From Spirochaetia bacterium (GTDB lineage: Bacteria > Spirochaetota > Spirochaetia > CADAEX01): 64,000 nucleotides of DNA. The stretch lies in NCBI GenBank assembly GCA_045606105.1, contig JAZURI010000003.1, positions 64,001 through 128,000 on the forward strand, given 5' to 3'. Position numbers and translations under genes: made by a program. The notes beneath the pieces were generated by a model. That model worked only from the letters and a program-made list of their open reading frames with translations, made no database searches and was not told where the DNA came from. Below, piece by piece: positions 9,539 to 19,141 of this stretch. Positions within the stretch are counted from its first letter, which is position 1. Each line of letters begins with the position of its first letter.

Positions 9539-9595
9539 AAAATTGAAGTTCCTATAAGGGAAAAACCTTAAATGTTACACGATAGGAGAATTATT

Positions 9596-9868
9596 ATGTC
9601 CAAAACAGAACTTATTGATTTCATTGCTGCTGAAAGCGGAATTTCAAAAGCTGCTGCAGCCAAGGCACTCAACGCTACACTTGATGGGATCACAAAGGGC
9701 GTCAAAGAGGACGGCAAAGTTGTTCTTGTAGGATTCGGTACTTTTGCTGCTAAGGAAAGAGCTGCAAGAAGCGGTATCAACCCACTTACAAAAAAACCTC
9801 TTGAAATTCCTGCAAAGAAAGTTGCAGTTTTCAAAGCCGGAAGCAAATTTAAAGATGCTATAAAATAA
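9596..9868 (+). CDS. hup: Histone-like DNA-binding protein HU
   Basis: MSKTELIDFIA...LVGFGTF...RAARSGINPLT...IPAKKVAVFKAG; AGGAG RBS. Confidence 0.96.
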   Translation: MSKTELIDFIAAESGISKAAAAKALNATLDGITKGVKEDGKVVLVGFGTFAAKERAARSGINPLTKKPLEIPAKKVAVFKAGSKFKDAIK

Positions 9869-9891
9869 TTAAATTTTATGCATACAGTATG

Positions 9892-9929
9892 TACCTCTGT
9901 GATATAGCTTCATGGGGGTATTTTTTTTT
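9892..9929 (+). terminator. Rho-independent terminator after HU
   Basis: TACCTCTGTGA/TCATGGGGGTA stem (3 GU pairs) followed by T9. Confidence 0.65.
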
Positions 9930-9934
9930 AAATT

Positions 9935-10864
9935 ATGTACGGAAAAGTTTTATTCGGAATCAACAATATATATACGGTCAGACCTGCAGAAGGGGCTGAT
10001 GTAATGTGCCGCATCAAGGGCAAGGTCCTGAAGGGCTGCGAGAATGTCTACAATCCCATTACCGCCGGAGATGAGGTGGAATTTGAAAATTCCCTTATTA
10101 CAGCTCTGCTTCCCAGAAGGAATGCACTGACCAGATGGAACCGGAAAAGGATGATGAGCCAGGTGATTGCAGCCAATCTCGATGTCCTTTTTGTGGTATC
10201 CGCAGCGGGAGAGCCTCCGTTCAGGCCCCGTTTTGTGGACAAGATAATAGCAAACTCCTGTAACAAGTATAAGGATGATTATGAAATAGTCCTGGTCATG
10301 AACAAATGTGACTTAGGTGTGGATGAGGATATCATGGAGCGGCTTGAAAACTATAAGGAAATAGGCCTTAAGGTTTTCTTTGTATCTGCGTCCACCGGAG
10401 AGGGAATCGATGAGCTTAGGGCTTATGCCAGAGGTAAATACTGTGCCTTTGCCGGACAGTCCGGTGTGGGAAAGTCCTCCCTTCTCAATGCTCTCAACAG
10501 CGAGGTATCCCGCAGGGTGGGAGAGGTATCCAGGAAATATAACAGAGGAAGGCATGTGACCAACTATTCCCTTTTTGTTCCCGACAATGAATACGGCGGC
10601 GGAATTACCGATACTCCGGGAATCAGGGAAATATTCGTGGACGGCATAGAGCCTGAGGAGCTGATTCTCCATTTCATGGAGCTGGCACCATATTACGGAA
10701 AATGCAGCTATTCCTCATGTACCCATACGGTGGAGCCGGGCTGTGCCGTAACCGAGGCGGCTGCGGCAGGAAAGATCCACCCCGACAGGTTCGAGGCATA
10801 CAGAAGGACCTACAGTGAGCTGACAGAGCAGGCAGCGGAAATATATGGAAAAACATATTCTTGA
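9935..10864 (+). CDS. rsgA: Ribosome small subunit-dependent GTPase A
   Basis: NKCD, GQSGVGKSS, GRHVT, DTPG and zinc finger CSYSSCTHTVEPGC. Confidence 0.96.
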   Translation: MYGKVLFGINNIYTVRPAEGADVMCRIKGKVLKGCENVYNPITAGDEVEFENSLITALLPRRNALTRWNRKRMMSQVIAANLDVLFVVSAAGEPPFRPRFVDKIIANSCNKYKDDYEIVLVMNKCDLGVDEDIMERLENYKEIGLKVFFVSASTGEGIDELRAYARGKYCAFAGQSGVGKSSLLNALNSEVSRRVGEVSRKYNRGRHVTNYSLFVPDNEYGGGITDTPGIREIFVDGIEPEELILHFMELAPYYGKCSYSSCTHTVEPGCAVTEAAAAGKIHPDRFEAYRRTYSELTEQAAEIYGKTYS

Positions 10865-13181
10865 CATATCGGGCTTTGAGGCCGTTAAGGAAGGGCTGAA
10901 GCAGTATACGGTATCGGAGGGGGGAGCCGCCCTCATAGAGAGGCAGGAGCCGGAAAGCGACTATGCCAGGTGGAGGGAAAGGCAGGATATTTTCTGTGCC
11001 CTCAAGCTGGTCCTTTCCAGGGCAACATCCTTTCCGTCGGTAACCTTTCCCGAAATATCCCATTATGCGGTAAAGGCAGCCAAGGAGGGGGCTGTACTGG
11101 AGGCCGTTGAGCTGGCATCGGTATATGTTTTCCTTAAAAGTGCGGCGGTTCTCAGGCGTTTTCTCTTTTCCCTGGAAGGCTTTGAAACAGTACGGTTTTT
11201 AGGGGACTATGAGGAGTTCCTTGATCTCAGGAATGAAATATCCAGATATCTTCTTCCCAACGGAACCCTGAAAGAGGACAGCATCAGGGAGCTTACCTCC
11301 ATAAAGAAAAGAATAGCCGCAACCAACCGGCTCATAGCCAGGACTGCAGACGAATATCTCCAGAACAGCGAATACAGAAGCTTCTGGCAGGAGAGCAATG
11401 TCACCATGAGGGACGGAAGGGCAGTACTTCCTCTCAAGGCCAATTTCAAGGGGCGTGTCCAGGGAATCATCCATTCCTCCTCCTTCAGGGGAAACACCAT
11501 CTTCATAGAACCGGCCGGCATGGTGGAAAAAAATAACCAGCTCATGGAGCTTGAGGAGGAATACAGAAGGGAAATCTTCAAGATTCTCAGGAATCTTACC
11601 TTCAAGGTAGGCTTTGTTTCAGAGGGGCTGGTAAGGCTTTCGCAGCAGATAGCCCTTTTTGACAGCTATTACAGCCGTGTACGGTATACCGATTCCTACG
11701 GAGGAACCATTCCGGACCATTCCGAAAGGGGGATAACCCTCTACGATGCACGACATCTGCTTCTGGGAGATAGGGCGGTGCCGGTGGATATCCTTATCAA
11801 GGAAAACATAAACATTCTCCTGATAAGCGGTCCTAATACAGGAGGAAAGACAGTAGCGCTTAAAACAGCGGCCCTTATGGTGCTGATGAACCAGTTCAAC
11901 CTGGGAATCCCTGCACGGGAAGGAAGCTCGCTGCCGTTTTTCGACAATGTCCTGGCCGATATAGGAGACGGACAATCCATAGCCGATTCCCTTTCCACAT
12001 TCTCTGCCCACATGAAGAACATTTCCCATATCCTGGAAACAGGGACTGAAAAATCCCTTATCCTGCTGGATGAGCCGGGAACAGGAACCGACCCTGACGA
12101 AGGGGCAGCCATTGCCATGTCGGTATTTGACAGCATTGCGGAAAGGAATGCACTGGCCCTGGTTACCACCCATCAGTCCGTAATCAAGAATTATGCCTTT
12201 GTAAACTCATTTGCAGAAAATATTTCGGTAAAGTACGATCCCGAAACCTTCACTCCGGAATACAAGCTGGTTTACGGAGTACCGGGAGAGAGCTTCGGTA
12301 TAGATATAGCGGGCAAGAACGGAATCCCTGAGAGCATAATCGGCAAGGCCAGGGAATATCTGGGCAGCGAAAAGATAAACATCAACCTTCTTCTCAAGCA
12401 GATCAGCGAAAAGCATGCAGAGCTGGAGGAACGGGAGGCATCAATCAGAAGCTCAGAAAACGAGATAAAGGAGAGCCGGAGAGAGCTGTCTCTGAAGAAG
12501 CTTCAGCTGCAGCAGAAGGAATATGAAATCAGGAAAAATGAAAGTGTATCCTATTCAAGACTGGTAAGCGAAACCTCAAGCCGCCTGGAAAACATGGTCA
12601 GGGAGCTGCGGGAAGGGGAGATTACCAAGGAAAAAACCAAGGCTGTAAAGAAATTCATAGATGAAATCCACGAAAACGAGGAAAAGCTGAAGCAGAAGGC
12701 CGAAGCCCTTAAAACCGAGGCTGCGGAAGAGGATATTGTCTATAAGCAGGATGATCCCGTCTATGTGGGAGAAAGCCGTCAGGACGGAGTGATTATCCGG
12801 GAGATGAAAAAAGGAAAATATCTGGTGGCTGTGGGCCAGCTGAGAATCGTGGTGGACAGCAAGGATCTTTCTCCCGGAAAAGCAAAGGAAGAGAAAGGAA
12901 AGATAACAAGGTCTGTACTCAGCAGCTACAGAAAACCTGAATTTGAACTGGATATAAGGGGCTGCAGACTGGATGAGGCCATAGCCCAGCTGGAAAGACA
13001 GATGGACAGCGTCCTTCTCTGCGGATTGAATGAATTTTCTGTAATACACGGTACGGGGGAGGGAATACTGCAGAAGGGAGTCCGGGATTTTCTTTCCGGC
13101 AACAGGAATGTGGATTCCTTTAAATTTGCCACCCCTGAAAACGGCGGATTCGGAAAGACTCTGGTAAAGCTGGTAAAATGA
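10845..13181 (+). CDS. mutS2: Endonuclease MutS2
   Basis: GPNTGGKT, DIGDGQS, LSTFSAHM, LLDEPGTGTDP and C-terminal Smr domain (IHGTGEGIL). Confidence 0.96.
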   Translation: MEKHILDISGFEAVKEGLKQYTVSEGGAALIERQEPESDYARWRERQDIFCALKLVLSRATSFPSVTFPEISHYAVKAAKEGAVLEAVELASVYVFLKSAAVLRRFLFSLEGFETVRFLGDYEEFLDLRNEISRYLLPNGTLKEDSIRELTSIKKRIAATNRLIARTADEYLQNSEYRSFWQESNVTMRDGRAVLPLKANFKGRVQGIIHSSSFRGNTIFIEPAGMVEKNNQLMELEEEYRREIFKILRNLTFKVGFVSEGLVRLSQQIALFDSYYSRVRYTDSYGGTIPDHSERGITLYDARHLLLGDRAVPVDILIKENINILLISGPNTGGKTVALKTAALMVLMNQFNLGIPAREGSSLPFFDNVLADIGDGQSIADSLSTFSAHMKNISHILETGTEKSLILLDEPGTGTDPDEGAAIAMSVFDSIAERNALALVTTHQSVIKNYAFVNSFAENISVKYDPETFTPEYKLVYGVPGESFGIDIAGKNGIPESIIGKAREYLGSEKININLLLKQISEKHAELEEREASIRSSENEIKESRRELSLKKLQLQQKEYEIRKNESVSYSRLVSETSSRLENMVRELREGEITKEKTKAVKKFIDEIHENEEKLKQKAEALKTEAAEEDIVYKQDDPVYVGESRQDGVIIREMKKGKYLVAVGQLRIVVDSKDLSPGKAKEEKGKITRSVLSSYRKPEFELDIRGCRLDEAIAQLERQMDSVLLCGLNEFSVIHGTGEGILQKGVRDFLSGNRNVDSFKFATPENGGFGKTLVKLVK

Positions 13182-13723
13182 TGGAAAAAAAAGAACTGAG
13201 AAAAGAGATAAAAAGAAGATTCGCAGCTCTGGCAAGGGAAGAATTTTCCGTAAAAAGTGCGGTAGTTCTGGAAAAGCTGAAAGCGCTCCCGGAATGGAAT
13301 AAAGCAGGGACAATCTTTGCCTTTATCTCCATGAAGGATGAAATAGATACGGAAGCAATACTTACGGAAATCCTTGCAGCCGGAAAAAAGCTGGCTGTTC
13401 CCCGCATCGATGGGGAAAATCTGGTTTTCCACCTTATAGAAAGCATAACCGAAGGGCTGGTACCCGACTGTTACGGAATCCCGGAGCCTGAGGCCTCAGC
13501 TCTGGTGGCAATTCCGGCCGGAAACGACATGATGCTGATTCCCGGGCTGGCCTTTGACAGCCGCAATAACAGGCTGGGGCGTGGCAAGGGCTTCTACGAC
13601 CGATACCTGGCATCCATTCCGGAAGCTATATCCAGAATCGGAATCTGCTACGATTTCCAGATGGTGGAGGCAGTGCCCACAGAGCCTCACGACAGACCTC
13701 TGGACATGATAATTTACGGATAA
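13178..13723 (+). CDS. 5-formyltetrahydrofolate cyclo-ligase
   Basis: IPGLAFD..NNRLGRGKGFYDRYL, EPHD. Confidence 0.94.
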   Translation: MMEKKELRKEIKRRFAALAREEFSVKSAVVLEKLKALPEWNKAGTIFAFISMKDEIDTEAILTEILAAGKKLAVPRIDGENLVFHLIESITEGLVPDCYGIPEPEASALVAIPAGNDMMLIPGLAFDSRNNRLGRGKGFYDRYLASIPEAISRIGICYDFQMVEAVPTEPHDRPLDMIIYG

Positions 13724-13727
13724 GACA

Positions 13728-14618
13728 ATGTATGAAATCAAGGAACTGACCCCAAGATGCCTTTTTATGGAAAGCCCTGCAAAGATAGGGATAATCAGGC
13801 TTTCTGAAAGCGAAGTGTGCCTTATAGACAGCGGAAGCGACAAGGAGGCCGGGAGAAAGGTACGGCAGCAGCTGGATGCAAACAAGTGGAAGCTGAAAGC
13901 CATATTCAACACCCATTCCAATGCCGACCATATCGGAGGAAATGCCTATCTGCAGAAGCAGACCGGATGTGAGATATATGCACCGGGAATAGAGTGCAGC
14001 TTCACCCGTCATCCTATACTGGAGCCCTCGTTTCTTTATGGCGGATACCCTTTTTCTGAGCTCAGGCACAAGTTTCTTCTGGCACAGGAAAGCAATGTCC
14101 GGCCCTTGACCGCAGATGTACTGCCTGAAGGGATGACAGCAATTCCATTGCCGGGCCATTTTTTCGACATGACAGGATTTACCGTTGAGGATGGCGGAAA
14201 AAAGGTTATCTATCTGGCAGATTCCCTTTCGGGAGAGGCAACCCTGAAAAAATACCGCATAGGTTTTATCTACGATGTGGGCCGTTATCTGGAGACCCTG
14301 GAAAAGGTAAAGAAGCTGGAGGCCGATATATTTGTACCATCCCATGCGGCGGTGACTGACAACATAGCACCCCTGGCACAGACAAACATTGACAATGTAC
14401 TGGAAAACGGGGAAATCATCCTGGAAATATGCAGTGAAGCTACCTGTTTCGAGACTGTCCTGAAAAAGCTCTTTGACAGATACGGCCTTACAATGAATGC
14501 CCAGCAGTATGTCCTGGTGGGAAGTACCGTACGGAGCTATCTTACCTGGCTGAAGGAAACCGGCCGGCTGGAAATGATTTTCGAGAGCAACATGATGCTC
14601 TGGAAAAGAAAAAAATAA
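13728..14618 (+). CDS. MBL-fold metallo-hydrolase
   Basis: LIDSG, THSNADHIGG, LPGH, YLAD, VPSH. Confidence 0.9.
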   Translation: MYEIKELTPRCLFMESPAKIGIIRLSESEVCLIDSGSDKEAGRKVRQQLDANKWKLKAIFNTHSNADHIGGNAYLQKQTGCEIYAPGIECSFTRHPILEPSFLYGGYPFSELRHKFLLAQESNVRPLTADVLPEGMTAIPLPGHFFDMTGFTVEDGGKKVIYLADSLSGEATLKKYRIGFIYDVGRYLETLEKVKKLEADIFVPSHAAVTDNIAPLAQTNIDNVLENGEIILEICSEATCFETVLKKLFDRYGLTMNAQQYVLVGSTVRSYLTWLKETGRLEMIFESNMMLWKRKK

Positions 14619-14708
14619 AAAAATTTTACCGATACATGTCAATTTTTCTCATACAGACCCCTTGTATGAATCAAAAAGGGGTGAATAACACCACAGTGCG
14701 ATTTTTTT

Positions 14709-16079
14709 TCAGAAGAACTTTGCAATATATCCCTGTATAAAGATTATAAACAGGATTACCGGCAGGATGTACTTGGAGTACCATCTCAGCTTTTCAGGCA
14801 TTGCAATACCGTTTCCGGTGTTCGCTTCCTTGATGAAATTGTTCCAGCCCCAGCCGTACTTGTCTGAAACGCAGAACAGTACATAAGTCAAAGAGCCCAG
14901 TACCAGCAGGTTGTTGCTCAGGATAAAATCTTCCAGGTCCAGGATTGTGGAGCCCGGTCCCAGCGGCTGGATGAAGGAAAGCACATTGAATCCCAGGGCT
15001 GCCGGCAGGGAAAGGATTATCATGGCAAAGATGTTTGTAAGGCAGGATTTTCTTCTGCTCCAGCCCCACAGGTCCATTCCGAAGGAAACTATGTTTTCAA
15101 ATACGGCCACTATTGTGGAAAGTGCCGCAAAGAGAAGGAACAGGAAGAAAAGCGATCCCCAGATGCGTCCTCCCGGCATGTTGGAAAAAACCAGGGGAAG
15201 GGTTTCAAATATAAGTCCCGGTCCCGCACCCGGATTCACCCCGTATGCAAAGCATGCCGGAATGATGATGAGTCCCGAAGTAAATGCTACAAAGGTATCC
15301 AGGGCCGCAATTGAAAGGGCCTCTCCGAAAAGTCTTCTTTCCTTCTTGATATAGCTTCCGAAGATAGCCATTGATCCTACACCGATGGAGAGGGTGAAGA
15401 ATGCCTGACCGATGGCGGCAAAAAGCACTTCTCCGATGGAATGATTAGTTATTCTGGAAAAATCGGGAACAAGATAATATCTCAGTCCCTCTTTCGAGCC
15501 GGGAAGGATAATGGAATGGATAGCCAGAAGTACAATGATTACAAGCAGTGTCAGCATCATGAACTTGGTTATCTTTTCAACTCCCTTCTTGAGTCCCATG
15601 GAGCAGATAAGGAAGCCGGAACCAACTGTCAGCATCATGTATTTGACCATGGATCCCGGATTTGAAATAAGGGCTCCGAACTGTGCCGCTATATCAGGTG
15701 CGGTTGCTCCTATAAAATCCCCATTGAGGCTTTTCAGCAGATATGCGAACATCCAGCCTGTCACACTGGTGTAGAACATCATCAGCATGTAGTTTCCGAT
15801 TACTCCCACATAGCCCATTATGTGCCATTTGGTTCCCTTCGGCTCCAGTACCCTGAATGATTTTGCAATACTTTTCTGGGAAGCTCTTCCTACGGAGAAC
15901 TCCATGGTCATTATAGGAAGCCCGAAAATGATGAGGAAAAGAAGGTATATGAGGATAAAAGCAGCTCCTCCGTACTCCCCGACTATATACGGAAATCTCC
16001 AGACATTTCCAAGTCCTATGGCGCATCCCGCCGATATAAGTATAAAACCGAGTCGTGAGTTGAACTTTTCTCTTTCCAT
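14709..16079 (-). CDS. Sodium-dependent transporter, NSS/SNF family
   Basis: GCAIGLGNVWRFPY, GGAAF, GQAFFTLSIG, GPGLIF. Confidence 0.95.
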   Translation of the reverse strand: MEREKFNSRLGFILISAGCAIGLGNVWRFPYIVGEYGGAAFILIYLLFLIIFGLPIMTMEFSVGRASQKSIAKSFRVLEPKGTKWHIMGYVGVIGNYMLMMFYTSVTGWMFAYLLKSLNGDFIGATAPDIAAQFGALISNPGSMVKYMMLTVGSGFLICSMGLKKGVEKITKFMMLTLLVIIVLLAIHSIILPGSKEGLRYYLVPDFSRITNHSIGEVLFAAIGQAFFTLSIGVGSMAIFGSYIKKERRLFGEALSIAALDTFVAFTSGLIIIPACFAYGVNPGAGPGLIFETLPLVFSNMPGGRIWGSLFFLFLLFAALSTIVAVFENIVSFGMDLWGWSRRKSCLTNIFAMIILSLPAALGFNVLSFIQPLGPGSTILDLEDFILSNNLLVLGSLTYVLFCVSDKYGWGWNNFIKEANTGNGIAMPEKLRWYSKYILPVILFIIFIQGYIAKFF

Positions 16080-16199
16080 TTTCTTCTCCTAAAAAACATT
16101 ATAATTCTAGCCTTAATTCAATCGGGTTGCAAGTATATTGATTATCAATTTGACTGTATGCTTGAATAAAATATTCTATAGTGATATTCTTAAACCATT

Positions 16200-17939
16200 A
16201 TGGCAGATGAAAAATTAAGTATTATCAGGCATTCCGCATCCCATGTAATGGCTGCTGCAGTGCTTCAGATGTTTCCCGATGCAAGAATAGCTATCGGACC
16301 ATCAATTGAAAATGGTTTTTATTACGATTTTGAGCTTCCGCGTCCATTGAAGAAGGACGATTTTCCTGAAATCGAAGAGAGAATGAAGGGAATTATCGAC
16401 CAGAAGCAGGATTTTATCCGCAGGGAGGTAACCAGAGCCGAGGCTCTCGAGCTTTTCAAGGATCAGCCTTACAAGACAGAGCTTATCAATGACCTTCCGG
16501 AAGACGAAATCATTTCTATCTATACTGTTGATAAATTCACGGACCTTTGCCGCGGTCCCCATGTAGAAAATACAAAGATGATCAATCCACAGGCTGTAAA
16601 GCTCCTTTCCATTGCAGGGGCTTACTGGAGAGGTGATGAAAAACGCCCTATGCTCCAGCGTATCTATGCCACAGCCTTCACCAATCCAAAGGATCTCCGT
16701 CTCTATCTCCAGCATCTTGAGGAGCTTGAAAAAAGAGATCACCGCAAGATCGGCAAGGAGCTTGACCTTTTCCACATCGATGACGAGAATCCGGGTCAGG
16801 TTTTCTGGCATTCCAAGGGTTGGACCATCTACCGCATCCTGGAGGACTATGTCCGCGCCAAGATCAAGGAAGACGGCTATATCGAGGTAAAGACCCCTTT
16901 TGTCATGCCTCAGTCTCTCTGGGAAAGATCTGGCCACTGGGCAAAATATAAGAAGAACATGTTCATTACAGAGAGTGAAAAGCGTATTTTCGCCCTCAAG
17001 CCGATGAACTGTCCGGGGCATATCGAGATTTTCAAGCAGGGGCTCAAGAGCTACCGCGATCTTCCTCTCAGGATGGCTGAGTTCGGAAGCTGTACCAGAA
17101 ACGAACCTTCAGGAACCCTTCACGGTGTAATGCGTGTAAGAGGCTTTGTCCAGGACGATGCCCATATCTTCTGTACAGAGGAGCAGATCCCTTCAGAGGT
17201 TGCAAAGTTCTGTCATCTTCTCAAGGACATTTACAGGGATTTCGGATTTACAGAGGACAAGATTATCGTTAAGTTCTCAACCCGTCCCGAGCTCCGTGTA
17301 GGTGATGATGCCACATGGGACAGGGCAGAGGCTGCTCTTGCAGATGCTTGTACAAAGGCAGGACTTGAGTATGAGATTTCTCCAGGCGAGGGTGCATTTT
17401 ACGGACCTAAGCTTGAGTTCACTTTGGTAGATGCTCTGGGCAGACACTGGCAGTGCGGTACAATCCAGGTAGACTATCAGCTTCCTTCAGGGGAAAGACT
17501 TAATGCCGAATATGTGGGTGAGGACAATGCAAAGCATAATCCTGTAATGCTCCACAGGGCTGTACTCGGTTCCCTGGAACGCTTTATCGGTATTCTTCTT
17601 GAAAACTTTGCAGGAGCTCTTCCTGTATGGCTTGCTCCGGAGCAGGCAATGGTTATTCCTGTAGCTCCGGCCTTCAACGAATATGCCGGAAAGGTTCTGG
17701 AAACTCTTAAGAAGGCCGGTATCCGTGCCGTTCTCGACGACAGCGAACAGCGCATGAATGCCAAGATCAGAGCTGCACAGGGACAGAAGATTCCGTATAT
17801 GTTCATTATCGGTGAAAACGAGGCCAATGAAGGCAAGGCTTCCATCAGACTCAGAACCGGAAAGCAGATGAACGGACTTACTCTTGAAGAATCTGTAAAT
17901 TTTGTACTTGACAAAATTGAGAAAAAAGAAGAAATATAA
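16200..17939 (+). CDS. thrS: Threonine--tRNA ligase (short form without N-terminal TGS domain)
   Basis: [53 protein letters not shown]. Confidence 0.98.
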   Translation: MADEKLSIIRHSASHVMAAAVLQMFPDARIAIGPSIENGFYYDFELPRPLKKDDFPEIEERMKGIIDQKQDFIRREVTRAEALELFKDQPYKTELINDLPEDEIISIYTVDKFTDLCRGPHVENTKMINPQAVKLLSIAGAYWRGDEKRPMLQRIYATAFTNPKDLRLYLQHLEELEKRDHRKIGKELDLFHIDDENPGQVFWHSKGWTIYRILEDYVRAKIKEDGYIEVKTPFVMPQSLWERSGHWAKYKKNMFITESEKRIFALKPMNCPGHIEIFKQGLKSYRDLPLRMAEFGSCTRNEPSGTLHGVMRVRGFVQDDAHIFCTEEQIPSEVAKFCHLLKDIYRDFGFTEDKIIVKFSTRPELRVGDDATWDRAEAALADACTKAGLEYEISPGEGAFYGPKLEFTLVDALGRHWQCGTIQVDYQLPSGERLNAEYVGEDNAKHNPVMLHRAVLGSLERFIGILLENFAGALPVWLAPEQAMVIPVAPAFNEYAGKVLETLKKAGIRAVLDDSEQRMNAKIRAAQGQKIPYMFIIGENEANEGKASIRLRTGKQMNGLTLEESVNFVLDKIEKKEEI

Positions 17940-17963
17940 TAATAGGAGATTAACAGAATATCC

Positions 17964-18047
17964 ATGAAAAGAAACTATATGATAAAATCATTTTTTTACT
18001 TTAGTTTTTTTGCCTCACCTTTGTGCATGGATTTTGCTGTGGTCTAG
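17964..18047 (+). CDS. Phe/Tyr-rich leader peptide MKRNYMIKSFFYFSFFASPLCMDFAVV (27 aa)
   Basis: Translated by hand (absent from the ORF track); run FFYFSFF at 17991-18011 directly upstream of the aro operon terminator; AGGAG at 17944-17948. Confidence 0.8.
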   Translation: MKRNYMIKSFFYFSFFASPLCMDFAVV

Positions 18048-18085
18048 TACGTTGTGCTAACTTTATCAGGCTCTGCAGTAAAATC
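18030..18085 (+). promoter_or_regulatory. Antiterminator helix of the aro attenuator
   Basis: GATTTTGCTGTGG (18030-18042) pairs over 13 consecutive positions (3 GU) with CTGCAGTAAAATC (18073-18085), part of the terminator 5' arm and its loop. Confidence 0.75.
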
Positions 18086-18103
18086 TGCAGAGCCTTTTTT
18101 TTT
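18068..18103 (+). terminator. Attenuator terminator upstream of DAHP synthase
   Basis: Perfect 11-bp stem AGGCTCTGCAG/CTGCAGAGCCT, 6-nt loop, T-run to 18103. Confidence 0.92.
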
Positions 18104-18121
18104 GTTTAAAGGAGTTTTTTT

Positions 18122-19135
18122 ATGGTAATTATTTTGAAGGAAGGGGCAGAGAAAGCCAGGATAGATTACCTGGTCAATCTGCTGAAGGGAAAAAATCTTG
18201 ATGTCCATGCTGTAAGCGGTTCCGAAAAGACTATTCTCGGACTTATCGGAGATACAGCCAAACTTGATATAGACCTGGTAAAATGTCTGGATATCGTCAG
18301 CGATGTAAAGCGTATCCAGGAGCCATATAAGAGTGTAAACAGAAAATTTCATCCGGATGACACAGTTGTTACGGTAAATGACAATATAAAGATCGGAGGG
18401 GGCCATTTCCAGCTGATTGCAGGTCCTTGTTCCGTTGAATCCCAGGATCAGGTGGCTCTTATTGCCGAAAAGGTAAAGGAGGCCGGTGCCGGAATGCTCA
18501 GAGGAGGTGCTTTCAAGCCTCGTACTTCTCCGTATGCTTTCCAGGGGCTTGGTGCCGAGGGTATCAGATATCTTGAAAACGCCAAGGAAAAGGTGGGAAT
18601 CCCTATTGTTACCGAAATCATGGATATTTCCAGACTTCCTCTTTTCGAGAATGTGGACATTATCCAGGTAGGTGCCAGAAACATGCAGAACTTCGAGCTT
18701 CTGAAGGAGCTTGGTCATACAAGAAAGCCTATTCTGCTCAAGAGGGGACTTTCCAATACCATCGAGGAGCTTCTCATGAGTGCCGAATATATCATGGCCG
18801 GAGGAAACGAACAGGTTATCCTTTGCGAAAGAGGTATTCGTACCTTCGAGACAGCCACCAGAAATACCTGTGACATTGCAGCTGTACCGCTTCTGAAGGA
18901 GCTTACCCATCTGCCGGTAATTGTTGACCCAAGCCATGCCACAGGAAAGGCCATATTGGTAAAGCCTCTGGCTCTGGCCGCAGTTGCTGCCGGTGCCGAC
19001 GGACTTATTATCGAGGTTCACAACGATCCTCAGCATGCAAGATGCGACGGTCCTCAGTCTCTTACTCCGGAGGCCTTCCTGGATCTGGCAAGGTGTGTTG
19101 AGCAGATCCGTCCTTATGCATACAGAAGAGGCTGA
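18122..19135 (+). CDS. aroF: 3-deoxy-7-phosphoheptulonate (DAHP) synthase, type I-beta with N-terminal regulatory domain
   Basis: IAGPCSVES, GGAFKPRTSPY, GARNMQNF, LCERGIRTFE, DPSHATG. Confidence 0.95.
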   Translation: MVIILKEGAEKARIDYLVNLLKGKNLDVHAVSGSEKTILGLIGDTAKLDIDLVKCLDIVSDVKRIQEPYKSVNRKFHPDDTVVTVNDNIKIGGGHFQLIAGPCSVESQDQVALIAEKVKEAGAGMLRGGAFKPRTSPYAFQGLGAEGIRYLENAKEKVGIPIVTEIMDISRLPLFENVDIIQVGARNMQNFELLKELGHTRKPILLKRGLSNTIEELLMSAEYIMAGGNEQVILCERGIRTFETATRNTCDIAAVPLLKELTHLPVIVDPSHATGKAILVKPLALAAVAAGADGLIIEVHNDPQHARCDGPQSLTPEAFLDLARCVEQIRPYAYRRG

Positions 19136-19141
19136 CAGGAT

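Noticed and set aside
16080-16199. Possible T-box leader before thrS (also before cysS at 4177-4240)
   Set aside because: Regions are too short and AT-rich, with no T-box consensus or terminator.
16200-16400. ThrS missing its N-terminal TGS domain
   Set aside because: Short ThrS forms are known in spirochaetes and other lineages; editing and catalytic motifs are intact.
17908-17940. TTGACA...TATAAT at the end of thrS as an aro promoter
   Set aside because: Spacer is 21 nt, too long for a sigma-70 promoter.
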